This document shows, piece after piece, positions 29,751 through 39,185 of a stretch of 64,000 bases of DNA. How positions within the stretch are numbered: the first letter of the stretch is position 1; every line of letters begins with the position of its first letter. The position numbers were made by a program, and so were the translations under genes. The notes under the pieces were generated by a model, which was given only the letters and a program-made list of their open reading frames with translations, made no database searches and was not told the origin of the DNA. This DNA is from Thermoanaerobaculia bacterium (lineage in GTDB: Bacteria; Acidobacteriota; Thermoanaerobaculia; UBA5066), in assembly GCA_963816185.1 (NCBI GenBank), contig CAWFJJ010000008.1, forward strand, positions 1 through 64,000, given 5' to 3'.

Positions 29751-30598
29751 CCGCTCCGCTCCAGCTCCGCGACTACGCCTGTGCCAAGGTGCGCCGGCGA
29801 CTGGACTCCTATCTCGCCGGAGAGCTCTCCGTCGATCTCTCGCACGAGATCCTCGAGCACCTCGACCGGTGCGCGGAATGCCGCGCCGAATCGGACGCCC
29901 GCGAGAAGCTTCGCGCGTCGTTTCGCCGGGTCGGGGAGGCGACGCCCGAGCCGCGTGACGGGTTCGAGAGCCAGGTCCGAGCGCTTCTTCTGAGGACGCC
30001 TCTCAAGCGCCCGATGGGCGCGGGGCTCCTCCTCGCGGCCTCTCTCGTCCTCGGGGCGGGCGTGACCGCATGGGTCGTTCTCTCGCGGTCCGCAACACCG
30101 GGATCGCCGGCGGCCGGCGCCGTGCTCGACGCGTCCGCCGCGGATTTCGCGGCGTTGAATCACAAGAACTGCACGCGCGCCGGAACGTGGCCGCGGGAGG
30201 CGGCCTCCGCCGAGGCGTTTACCGAGCACCTCGACGCGCGTCTCGCGGCGGCGGCGCGCGCCGCCACCGCACGCCTTCCCGGCTACACTCCGGTCTCGGC
30301 CCACGAGTGCGCGCACGCGGGCGAGAGGATCTTCCACATCATCCTCAGGCGCCCTTCGGACGAGAGCCCGGACGGCCTCGTCTCGGTCGTCGTGACCCGG
30401 CCCGGCTCCGTGCTCGCGGCGCGCTCGTCGGTCACGGCCCGACTCGGCGTCGCTCGCCGGCTGGGCTATTCGGTGGCGGGAGCGCGGGCCGCGAACGGAA
30501 ACCTCGTCCTCGTCGTGTCGAGCGCCGGCGAGAGGGAAACGGCCGAGATGGAGCGCGCGATCCTGCCCGCGCTCGCGACGGCCGTCGCGGCCCCCTGA
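29747..30598 (+). CDS. Zinc-binding (zf-HC2) membrane anti-sigma factor
   Basis: HLDRCAEC motif, TM AGLLLAASLVLGAGVTAWVV; GTG overlaps the sigma stop. Confidence 0.85.
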   Translation: MTAPLQLRDYACAKVRRRLDSYLAGELSVDLSHEILEHLDRCAECRAESDAREKLRASFRRVGEATPEPRDGFESQVRALLLRTPLKRPMGAGLLLAASLVLGAGVTAWVVLSRSATPGSPAAGAVLDASAADFAALNHKNCTRAGTWPREAASAEAFTEHLDARLAAAARAATARLPGYTPVSAHECAHAGERIFHIILRRPSDESPDGLVSVVVTRPGSVLAARSSVTARLGVARRLGYSVAGARAANGNLVLVVSSAGERETAEMERAILPALATAVAAP

Positions 30599-30609
30599 GC
30601 GGTCCGCGG

Positions 30610-31317
30610 TCAGTTCGGCGTGGCGCCGTGGGCGTCCGTGATGAACGGGCGGCCGATACGCGACCAGCGCGGGCCCTTGAAGAACTGCTGGTTCCAGCTC
30701 CACATGATGCCGACCGCCCGCCCAAGCAGGTCCTTCTCGGGGCGCGTGCCGAAGAAGCGCGCGTCGCGGCTCTCGTCGCGATTGTCGCCCATGAGAAACA
30801 CCTCGCCCTCCGGCACGGTGATAGGCCCGAACGTTCGGAACGCCGGACGGTCCGGCAGGACGCGAACGGGGTGCGCCCTTCCGGCGAGAATCTCCGTGCC
30901 GAGGAGAATCGGCTCGCCCTCGTCGTCCTTTTGCTCGGGCAGGAAGTCGACCGGCTGCTTCTTCCCGTTCACGTAGAGGGTCTCGTTCCGGAGCTCGACG
31001 ACGTCGCCCGGGAGACCGACGAGGCGCTTGACGAACGGCACGGTCCCGCCGTCGGGGTTGCGGATCACGACGACGTCTCCGCGCTTGGGCGCGCCCGTCT
31101 CGAACAGGCGGATCTTCGAGAAGGGGATCCGGACCTGGTAAGCGGATTTCCAGACGAAGACGCGATCACCCTCGAGGATCGTGGGTTTCATGGAGCCCGT
31201 CGGAACGACGTACCAGTCGGCCAGAACGGACCGTCCGGTCAGGATGATGGCGGCCATCAGAACGAGCTGGCGAACGTCTTTGAGGAGGGCGGCGCGCTTT
31301 TCCGGCGTGAAGGCCAT
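30610..31317 (-). CDS. lepB: Signal peptidase I
   Basis: VPTGSMKPT, FVKRLVGLPGD, GDNRDESRDAR. Confidence 0.93.
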   Translation of the reverse strand: MAFTPEKRAALLKDVRQLVLMAAIILTGRSVLADWYVVPTGSMKPTILEGDRVFVWKSAYQVRIPFSKIRLFETGAPKRGDVVVIRNPDGGTVPFVKRLVGLPGDVVELRNETLYVNGKKQPVDFLPEQKDDEGEPILLGTEILAGRAHPVRVLPDRPAFRTFGPITVPEGEVFLMGDNRDESRDARFFGTRPEKDLLGRAVGIMWSWNQQFFKGPRWSRIGRPFITDAHGATPN

Positions 31318-31376
31318 GACGGCGCAGATCTTCGCACAAACCGTGCCGGCGCACCGGGTCGCGTTATCCTCGGCGC

Positions 31377-31865
31377 ATGGCACGCTATACGGACCGCCAT
31401 GCGGCCTCGGGGGTGGGCGACGCGTTGCCGAAGCTCGAGACCTGGCCCTCCCAGTACGCCTCCGATTACGAGATCGTCATCACGATCCCGGAGTTCACGT
31501 CGATCTGCCCCAAGACGGCCCTTCCCGACTTCGCCACGCTGACCGTCACGTACGTTCCGGACCGCCGGTGCGTGGAGCTGAAGTCTCTGAAGGAATACGT
31601 GAACTCTTACCGGAACCTCGGCATCTTCAACGAGAACGTCGTGAACCGGGTCCTCGAGGATCTCGTTCGCGCGCTCCGGCCACGTCGGATGGCCGTGCGG
31701 GGCGCCTTCACGCCCCGCGGCGGCATTCAGACGACGGTCGAGGCTTGCTTCCCGCGCGCGGAAGCGGGCGCGGCAAGCGCTATTTTGCCGCGGGCTTCGC
31801 GGCGGGGTTTCCCGGCCGGGTCGTCCCGTCGGGCAGAAGTCGGCGGTAGACCGAGAGCGCGTTGA
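31377..31865 (+). CDS. queF: NADPH-dependent preQ0 reductase (type I)
   Basis: EFTSICPKT..PDF, ELKSLK, F.PRGGI; 3' end uncertain because it overlaps the convergent gene. Confidence 0.92.
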   Translation: MARYTDRHAASGVGDALPKLETWPSQYASDYEIVITIPEFTSICPKTALPDFATLTVTYVPDRRCVELKSLKEYVNSYRNLGIFNENVVNRVLEDLVRALRPRRMAVRGAFTPRGGIQTTVEACFPRAEAGAASAILPRASRRGFPAGSSRRAEVGGRPRAR

Positions 31866-32706
31866 GGGCGTTCAGCTCGCGCGGGCAGTAGTCGCCCAGC
31901 TTCTCGGCGACGAGCTCTCCGGAGATGCGGGCTTCCGGGGCGTTCTGCTTCTTCTTTTCGACGAGGAAGGCGAGCATCGACGTGAGGTATTGGCGGGTTT
32001 TTTCGATCTCAGGCCCCCCGTTCGCCGTAGGGTTACCACGAGTCGGGACGAGACCTCGCACCCCGAGCGCGTCGAATCGCTCCAGGATGGCGAGCCAGCC
32101 CTTGATGTCGCTGTCGGGGTCCGAGAGCATCGGGCAACGGTCCGTCGTCACGAGATCGCCCGCGAACACCGTGTGCGTCGAAGCGTCGAAGACGTAGAGG
32201 TCGAACGCGGTGTGCGCGTTTCCCGCCGGCACGCCGATCTCGAAAGCCTGCTTGCCGGCCACGAGCACGATGCGGTCGAAGATCCCGATCACGTGGGGAG
32301 CCTTCGCTTTCTCCTGGGCGATCGCGCCCGTGGCGCGAGCGTTCACGAAGATCGTCGCGTCCGTTGGAAGAAAAGTCGTGAAGCCGTCGTTCGAGTCGGA
32401 GTGAATGTGCGTCATCGCGATCCATTTGATCGGCTTGTTCTTCGTGGTTCTCGCGATCTCGGATTTGAGATTCTTCGCATCCGCCGCGGTCGCACCCGTG
32501 TCGATGACGAGAACGCCGTCGCCCGTGTCGATCCACGAGCAGTTCGTTGGACCGAACCGGCCATACCACGAGTTCGGATAGGGCTGTGCCACCTCGAAGG
32601 GGGGAAGGTCGGGAGCCTTCGGTTTCGGCCTTTCTGCCGCGAACGCGGAGCGAGCGGCGAGAACGAGGGCGAGAGCGGCGAGCGAGGTCGGGATCGATCG
32701 ATTCAT
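31780..32706 (-). CDS. Exported metallo-beta-lactamase-fold protein (degenerate metal site)
   Basis: Signal peptide; IDTG, THIHSDS, AHT, FAGDL, VPTRG. Confidence 0.8.
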   Translation of the reverse strand: MNRSIPTSLAALALVLAARSAFAAERPKPKAPDLPPFEVAQPYPNSWYGRFGPTNCSWIDTGDGVLVIDTGATAADAKNLKSEIARTTKNKPIKWIAMTHIHSDSNDGFTTFLPTDATIFVNARATGAIAQEKAKAPHVIGIFDRIVLVAGKQAFEIGVPAGNAHTAFDLYVFDASTHTVFAGDLVTTDRCPMLSDPDSDIKGWLAILERFDALGVRGLVPTRGNPTANGGPEIEKTRQYLTSMLAFLVEKKKQNAPEARISGELVAEKLGDYCPRELNALNALSVYRRLLPDGTTRPGNPAAKPAAK

Positions 32707-32717
32707 TGAGTCTCCTG

Positions 32718-34247
32718 TCATTGGGGACGGTCGGGTCCGACGGCCGAAGCCGGCGATTCGGAATGTTCGTGAGCGGAGGCGAGAGCGGCGGCGAGCGTCC
32801 CGTCGCGGAACGACGCGAGGGCGGACTCCCTCTCCCGTGCGATGCCGTCCTCGAGACGTTGGAGGCGATCCCTCGAGGCGAGGGTCCGCTTGGCGGCGGC
32901 GAGAGAGGCGATCGGCCGTTCGGCGTAATGCGCCGCGCGCTGAAGTGTCAAAGGCAGCGCGGAGCCGTCCTCGGCGACGAGATCGACGAGGCCGAGCTCC
33001 CGGGCGCGAGCGGCCGAGATCGTCTCGCCCGAGAACGCGACGTCGGCGGCGGCCGAGGGCGACGCGAGAGACGCGAGAAAGACGCTCGCGCCCGCCTCGA
33101 GCGCGGGGAAGAACGGCGAAACACCGAAGACCGCTTCGTGCGGCGGGCTGCCGCGCGCGATCCGCTGGTCACATGCGAGAGCGAGGGAGAAACCTGCCCC
33201 GAAGGCCGGACCATCGACGGCCGCGAGAATCGGCCGGGATGCCGACGCAAGCGTGTGTGCGGCCCGCGAGAGCGCGTCGAGCTGGCGGGCGAAGCCCTCC
33301 TCGTCGTGGAGCGCGACGAGAGCCGCGAGAAGGTCCGGGTCGAATCCCCGGGAGAAGGCGTCCCCCAGGCCCGTCAGGACGATGGCCGGAACCGTCGGAT
33401 CCTCGGCGAGCGTCGCCACGGTGTCCGCGAGCAACTGGGCCATATCTCCCGCGAAGGCGTTCCCCACCGCCGGCCTCGCGAGCTTCACGACGGCGAGCGG
33501 GCCTTCGAGGGAGACGAAGACGAGCGGTTCGGCCGCGCGGCCGCCGGCGCGCGCCTGGGCCTTGCAGGCGTCGAGAAACACCTCGAACAGCGCTTTGTGC
33601 TTCCGCTCCGCGACGAGGTTCTCGGGGTGCCACTGAACGGCGGCGACGAAACCGCCCCCGGGCCGCTCGAACGCCTCGACGAGGTCGTCCGCCGACGCCG
33701 CCAGCGGTACGAGGCCCGGTGCGAGATCTTTCACGCCCTGGTGATGCCGCGAGTTCACGGTCGTCCCTTCGAGCGCAGCGACGGCCGTCGCGAATGGCGT
33801 GGGTGAGGACATCCGCCGCGCCCGCACGACGTGCGCGGGGCGGTCCTTTCGCGAGTGCGGATTCGCATCTGTCTCATGCGAGACGCCGCGCGAGCGCTGT
33901 GAGGGCAGGTCCTGCCACAGCGTGCCTCCAAGCGCGACGTTCATCGTCTGAATCCCGCGGCAGATGCCGAAGACCGGTGCGCCGAGCTTCTCCGCGGCGG
34001 AAAAGAGCGTGAAGTCGAGCGTGTCCCGTTCGGGATGGAGATCGAGAGTCGGCGTCGAGGGCGCCTCGCCGTAGAGGTTCGGCGCGACGTCGGCTCCGCC
34101 CGCGAGCAGCAACCCGTCGAACAGGCCGGGATCGGGGTCGCCCGGAGTCACGACGACGACCTCTTCGGGGAGGGCTCCCGCCGCGAGGAGGGCGCCGCGA
34201 TACGTCGCGTTTGGCTGATTCGCGTCGGACGCGATGACGATCTTCAT
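32718..34247 (-). CDS. Fusion of peptidase C26 (PuuD-like gamma-glutamyl hydrolase) and crotonase/enoyl-CoA hydratase domain
   Basis: GGADV, GICRGIQ, VNSRHHQ, VQWHPE followed in frame by NAF, AFSRGFD, AVDGPAFGAGFSLALACD, GLVD. Confidence 0.85.
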   Translation of the reverse strand: MKIVIASDANQPNATYRGALLAAGALPEEVVVVTPGDPDPGLFDGLLLAGGADVAPNLYGEAPSTPTLDLHPERDTLDFTLFSAAEKLGAPVFGICRGIQTMNVALGGTLWQDLPSQRSRGVSHETDANPHSRKDRPAHVVRARRMSSPTPFATAVAALEGTTVNSRHHQGVKDLAPGLVPLAASADDLVEAFERPGGGFVAAVQWHPENLVAERKHKALFEVFLDACKAQARAGGRAAEPLVFVSLEGPLAVVKLARPAVGNAFAGDMAQLLADTVATLAEDPTVPAIVLTGLGDAFSRGFDPDLLAALVALHDEEGFARQLDALSRAAHTLASASRPILAAVDGPAFGAGFSLALACDQRIARGSPPHEAVFGVSPFFPALEAGASVFLASLASPSAAADVAFSGETISAARARELGLVDLVAEDGSALPLTLQRAAHYAERPIASLAAAKRTLASRDRLQRLEDGIARERESALASFRDGTLAAALASAHEHSESPASAVGPDRPQ

Positions 34248-34318
34248 AGACGGCTGAAAGAGGCTTTCCGGGCGGGCAGCGCCGCGCGGGAGGCGGGTCG
34301 GGCGATTATAGAGACGAC

Positions 34319-35491
34319 ATGGGAACCGGACGGCGTGTCGTCGTGACGGGAATGGGCGCCGAGACCGCTCTCGGCCGCGGCGTGGACGCGCTCTGGGAGG
34401 GCGCGCTTCTCGGGCGGTCGGCGATCCGGCCGGTCACGCGGTTCGACACCCGGCGATTTCACGCGCGACAGGCGGCCTTGATCGATCGCGACCGGGGGCC
34501 GGACGGCGAGGATTTGGAGACCCTATTCGCCTGTGACGCCGCGATCGAGGCGCTCGCGTCGTGCCCTGACTTCGGCGGCGGCAACGCGGGAATCGCCGTC
34601 GGGACGACGCTCGCCGGAAACGGAGCCCTCACGAATTGGCTCGCGTCGCGGACCGGCGGAGCGGCGACGCTCTCCCGAGGCGACCCCGGCGCACTGTCTC
34701 GCGAGCTTGCCGAACGGCACGGCGCGCGCGGCCCCGTCGCGACGGTCTCCGTCGCGTGCGCGTCGGGCGCGGCGGCGGTCGGGCTCGCCGCGGAGTGGAT
34801 TCGAGAGGGGCGCGCGACCCGGGTCCTCGCGGGCGGGGCCGACGCCGTCTCTCCCTTCGTCTTCTCCGGCTTCGACGCGCTGCGCGCGCTCAGCGCGTCC
34901 GTGGCCCGGCCGTTCGACGTCGCGCGTGACGGCCTCACGCTGGGCGAAGGCGCGGGGTTCCTCCTTCTCGAGGAGGAGGGTCAGGCGCGCCGGCGCGGAG
35001 CGGCGATTCTCGCGTGGGTCGCAGGATACGGTTCGGGCTCGGACGCGCATCACATGACGCGCCCGGATCCCGAGGGGCGCGGCCTCGCGAGAGCCGTGAA
35101 GACCGCGCTCTTTCAGGCGGGCCGGGTTCCGTCGGACGTGGACTTCGTCAGCGCCCATGGCACGGGGACGACGTTCAACGACGCGATGGAAGAGGCCGCC
35201 CTGGCGCACGTCCTCGGCGCCAGAGCACGGTTGGTGCCGGTGAACGGGATCAAGGGAGCGATCGGGCATACGCTCGGCGCGGCGGGCGCGCTCGAGGCGA
35301 TCCTTTCCGTGCTCGTCCTCGCTCATCAACGCGTCCCGCCCACGGCCGGGCACGCGACCGCGCGCCCGGATTCGCCGCTACGGATCGTCTCCGGTGCGCC
35401 GCTTTCCGCGGAGAAGCCGATCGCCATCGCGCTGTCGACCTCGGCGGCTTTCGGGGGCACGAACGCGGCCCTCATCCTGGAGCGCGCGTGA
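34319..35491 (+). CDS. Beta-ketoacyl-ACP synthase (FabF-like KS)
   Basis: VVVTGMG, VACASG, GEGAG, AHGTGT..ND, KGAIGHTLGA, AFGG.N. Confidence 0.92.
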   Translation: MGTGRRVVVTGMGAETALGRGVDALWEGALLGRSAIRPVTRFDTRRFHARQAALIDRDRGPDGEDLETLFACDAAIEALASCPDFGGGNAGIAVGTTLAGNGALTNWLASRTGGAATLSRGDPGALSRELAERHGARGPVATVSVACASGAAAVGLAAEWIREGRATRVLAGGADAVSPFVFSGFDALRALSASVARPFDVARDGLTLGEGAGFLLLEEEGQARRRGAAILAWVAGYGSGSDAHHMTRPDPEGRGLARAVKTALFQAGRVPSDVDFVSAHGTGTTFNDAMEEAALAHVLGARARLVPVNGIKGAIGHTLGAAGALEAILSVLVLAHQRVPPTAGHATARPDSPLRIVSGAPLSAEKPIAIALSTSAAFGGTNAALILERA

Positions 35492-36444
35492 GGCAAGTCT
35501 TTCTCGTCTCGGCGGCGCTCGCGGACGCGGGCGAGAACGGCGCGCGTGAGGATGCGAACCGCCTGCGCCGGATGGACCGCTTTGGCCGGACGGGCTTCCT
35601 CGCGGGAACGCGCGCCTTCGCGGTCTCGGGCGCTCCTCGTCCGGCGGCGCCGGACGGGCGCTCCGGCGTCATCGTCGGCACGCGGCACGGCTGCCGCCCG
35701 GCGATCACGGAGCACGCCGCGCGACTCGCGGCGGCGACACGTGTCGAGGACCTCGCCCCCTCGGTTTTCGCGGCTACCGTTCACAACAGCGTGAACGGCG
35801 AGCTCGCCATGGCCCTCGGCCTCGGCGGCGTCTGCGAGACGATCGTCTCGGGGCGCACGTCCGGCCTCGAGGCCCTGATTCTCGGGGCGCGGCGCGTCGC
35901 CTCGAGCGACGCGGACCGCCTGCTCGTCGTCGCGGCCGAGGGCGTCGACGACGCGGGGCGTGAGGCGTGGGAAGAGGAAAAGCTTGCTTTCGGAGAGAGG
36001 GCGGCGGGTGTCGACCTGGTTGAAACTGGCGCGGCCGTGCTGCTCCGTGCAGAGAAGGGGGAACACAGCATTCGCTTTGTCGAAGGTTGTCTTTTCTTCG
36101 AGCCGGATGCGCGGCGGGCGTCGGCGCGCGTGTTGGAGTGGATGAGAGATTTCGAGGCGCAAGGCGGGGCCGGCCTCACGCCTCCAGCGGTTGTCGAACT
36201 TTGCTCGCCGGTGTATGAAGATTTCTTAGAAGGGGAAGAAAGAGGAGGAGAAGGGGGCGCGCGAAGCATCGAGCGATTCGGCGCCGCGGGCCTATACGAA
36301 ATTGCCTGCGAGGTTCTTGCTGGGCGCGCGCCGGCGACGGATGCGCTCTCGACCCATTCACCTTCTAAGAAAATACGAGCGTACGTAACGCGAGACGTGA
36401 CAGGTGCAGTGGCTGCGGTCGCCCTTGAGCTCTTCTCTTTCTAA
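35488..36444 (+). CDS. Ketosynthase chain-length-factor-like protein (no catalytic Cys)
   Basis: RRMDR, GVIVGT..G, PSVFAATVHNS; the Cys position reads SGRTSG; GTG overlaps the KS stop. Confidence 0.75.
   Translation: MRQVFLVSAALADAGENGAREDANRLRRMDRFGRTGFLAGTRAFAVSGAPRPAAPDGRSGVIVGTRHGCRPAITEHAARLAAATRVEDLAPSVFAATVHNSVNGELAMALGLGGVCETIVSGRTSGLEALILGARRVASSDADRLLVVAAEGVDDAGREAWEEEKLAFGERAAGVDLVETGAAVLLRAEKGEHSIRFVEGCLFFEPDARRASARVLEWMRDFEAQGGAGLTPPAVVELCSPVYEDFLEGEERGGEGGARSIERFGAAGLYEIACEVLAGRAPATDALSTHSPSKKIRAYVTRDVTGAVAAVALELFSF
36221..36374. repeat. Palindromic element copy 3 (in CLF-like gene)
   Basis: ATTTCTTAGAAGGGGAA (36221-36237) ... CATTCACCTTCTAAGAAAAT (36355-36374). Confidence 0.65.
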
Positions 36445-36465
36445 GCGATTTTTTGTTTCTCCGAA

Positions 36466-38191
36466 CTAGCGATTTCCTTTTTCTTCGAGCAGCTCGTCGG
36501 GCTGCGGCACGGTGGGGATGGCCTTCTTCGGCAGGGGAGAGGAATCGCCTTCCGCACAGGCCTTGCGCCACCGCTCTGCGGCGGCGCGCAACGGCGCGGG
36601 GCCGGGGTCGCGTGCGAGGGCTTGGTCGAGGAGCTGCACCGCCCGCACGCGGTTTCCGAGTCGCGCCTCGATCTCGCCGAGCTTCGCCGTCCGCCTCGGC
36701 AAAATCGGGCGCGAGGTCGTACGCACGCCGGGCATCGCGCGCGGCGGCTTCGAGCCAGCCGTTCGTCCGGCCGTGCTCGAGCCGCCGTACGGAGGTAAGC
36801 GCCTCGCGCGCGCGGAGGTATCGGCCGAATCCTCCGTCCGTGAGCCAGGCGTCCGCGGGGATCGGTTCGGCCGTCGTCGGAGGCGGGCCGGCGGCGCTCG
36901 CGAGGACGGCGTCGAGGTCCACGGGCAGATACGGTCCAAGCGTGTGAGGCGCGGCGGCCACCCAGGCGCGCCTGTGCGTGAGATCGAAGACGACCGAGTG
37001 CGCGGCGATCGAGGCGTCGATGGCGTTGCGGTTTCCGGGGCCGAGCTCCCTCCCGTCCGCGTCGCGCCTGTCTCGCAGGATCGCGACTGCGGTGGTCACG
37101 TCGAGAGATCGGCCAGCCGCCTGGAGAAGGACGTCGAGGCGGGCGTGCCTTTTCCGCGACGTCGATCCCGGCGGCAGGACGCCGCGCGCCTCGACGCACC
37201 GCGGGGTCCTCGGCCTCGTTCGTGACGCCGAGCGAAGCGCCCGTGCTCTCGCGCACGGCGAACGCGGAGGGGCTCTTCTCGACGACCGCGAATCGGCCGG
37301 CCCGAGCGTCACCGAGGAGGATCAGGTCGGACACGAAGACCCTCGCGGCGCGCAGGCGGGAGAGGGCGCCGTCGAACGTGCTCTCGTTCCTGAGGACATC
37401 CGCGAGGAGGAGCGTCATGGGAGTGCCCGACGCCGCCGTCTCGCCGCCCGCGATCGCCTGGATGGCGACACCGATCCCCTCGCGATTGAAGCCGGAGGCG
37501 ACGCCGAGCATTCCCGAGAATCCGACGGAGAGGTAAGGGATCTTCCCTTCGGCCGCCACGACCGACACGAGCTTCTGGCGGTCGAAAATGTCGCCGCCCT
37601 CGAAGTCGAAATTGCGCGCGAGGAGAAGCGACCCGCCTTTTCCTTTCGCGAGGAAGCCCGTGCATGCCGCCGCGAGCGCCGGCGCGTCCACGAAACGCTG
37701 AGAGATGTCGTGTAGCGCGTGAAGGTCGAGTATCCGGCGGTACGCGTTCCAGCCCGAGACCGGTGGCACGCGCTCATAGCCGTCCGCGAGTCCGGAGATG
37801 GAGACGAGGAGGTCCTCCGGGATCTCGTCCGGCAGCCTTCGCAGACGGAATGCGGAGAGCTGCCTGATGAGAGACCTCTTGAAACCGCCGGGGATGAGCA
37901 CCCTGAAAAGCCCGTCGAGATGCGTCTCCTGTGAACGGATCCACGGGCGCGTGAGGCGGCCGAACGAGAAGCCGAGCTCGTAGGGCGCGCCCGCGAAGCG
38001 CCCGACGAGAATTTCACCGGCGCCCCGGCCGCCCGGTCCTTCGCCACCCACGAGCTGCCGAGCCGGCGCACCTCGCCGAGGACCTCCGGCTCGACGTCGG
38101 CCGCGAAGGCAGAGGGCGCGCTCTCGGGCCGCCGCGGCGCGCAGCCGGCGAGGCAGATCGCGGCCGCGAGGAACGCGAGCACGCGTCTCAC
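36466..38191 (-). CDS. C45-family autoproteolytic acyltransferase/Ntn hydrolase lipoprotein; about three frameshifts (near 38020, 37190, 36690)
   Basis: Lipobox CLAGC; HDI..AACTGF, ARNFDF, SGFNREGI, EKSP, GNRNAID..IAAHSVVFD spread over successive frames. Confidence 0.8.
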
Positions 38192-39138
38192 GCAGCGTCC
38201 TCCCAGAAGCGCGTGAAGAGGTACCACTGCGTGGGGTTTTCGCGGATCGTGCGCGTGAGCGTCGCGACGAAGCTCTCCATTGCCGCAGTGAGCGCGTCTT
38301 CGTCTGCTTCTCGCGACCCGCGCACGTGCTTTACGAGAATGGGCGCCTCGACGACCGTGCTGTACCGCCCGTCGTCCTCCTGAAGGACGAAAACGGGGAA
38401 GAGGGGGGCACCAGAAGCCTGGGCGAGGCGGAATGGGCCGATGGGGAACGAGGCCGTCTTGCCGAAGAACGGCAGCCGGCGCCCCGTTCCCGAAACGTCA
38501 CGGTCGCCCTGCATGGCGACGAAGCCGTTCGACCTGAGCGCCCTGAGGATCGGGACGGACGCGAAAGGGGAAGTGGTCACGGGGATGCCGATCACACCCA
38601 GCGAGCGCCGCGCACTCTCGCGGTGCCTCTCGACGACCGGCGAAGGATCCGGGGCGTACACCGCATAGGTCGTGATGCCCATTTCACGCAGGAACAGTCC
38701 GCCGAGCTCGAAGTTGCCCACGTGCGCCGTAAGCAGAATGGCGCCTGTGCCTTCGCGGTGTGCGGCCGCGAGCTGTTCGTCGCCGACCCGTCTCGCGAGG
38801 AGCGCCGCGGGATCGATGTCAGGCCTGCCGCTGCAGCGGAGAAGGTCGATCCAAAGGCGCGAGTGGCGGGAGACCATCATGCGCGCCGTTTCCTCGACGC
38901 GGCGATCCGTGGCTGGGACGCCCAACACGCGAGCGACGTTGCCGCAAATGGCCTCGTGGACGTGCCCGCGCCTCCAAAGCGCCTGCTCCACCGTGATCGA
39001 GGCGAGACGCGCGACCCAGGCGGGCGGCACCGTCCGCGCCATCCACCGGAAGAACGGGAACCAGAGCCCAAACGTGGCATTCGCCAGGCTCGAGACGATC
39101 GTCGCTTCCTCGGCGTTCTCGATGGGCCCCTTCGTCAC
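38188..39138 (-). CDS. LpxL/PatA-like lipid acyltransferase
   Basis: TAHVGNFE, QGDRD, FFGK.A.FP.GP, NPTQWY. Confidence 0.88.
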   Translation of the reverse strand: MTKGPIENAEEATIVSSLANATFGLWFPFFRWMARTVPPAWVARLASITVEQALWRRGHVHEAICGNVARVLGVPATDRRVEETARMMVSRHSRLWIDLLRCSGRPDIDPAALLARRVGDEQLAAAHREGTGAILLTAHVGNFELGGLFLREMGITTYAVYAPDPSPVVERHRESARRSLGVIGIPVTTSPFASVPILRALRSNGFVAMQGDRDVSGTGRRLPFFGKTASFPIGPFRLAQASGAPLFPVFVLQEDDGRYSTVVEAPILVKHVRGSREADEDALTAAMESFVATLTRTIRENPTQWYLFTRFWEDAA

Positions 39139-39185
39139 GGGCGTGAGAATGCCACGGCGGCGCCGGGCGCTAACATCTCCGGCAA

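Noticed and set aside
31318-31376. preQ1 riboswitch upstream of queF
   Set aside because: No motif, and the gene appears leaderless
31780-31865. queF (and likewise 40210-40283) convergent overlaps as antisense regulation
   Set aside because: The tails are non-conserved-looking and may result from the assembly's indel errors
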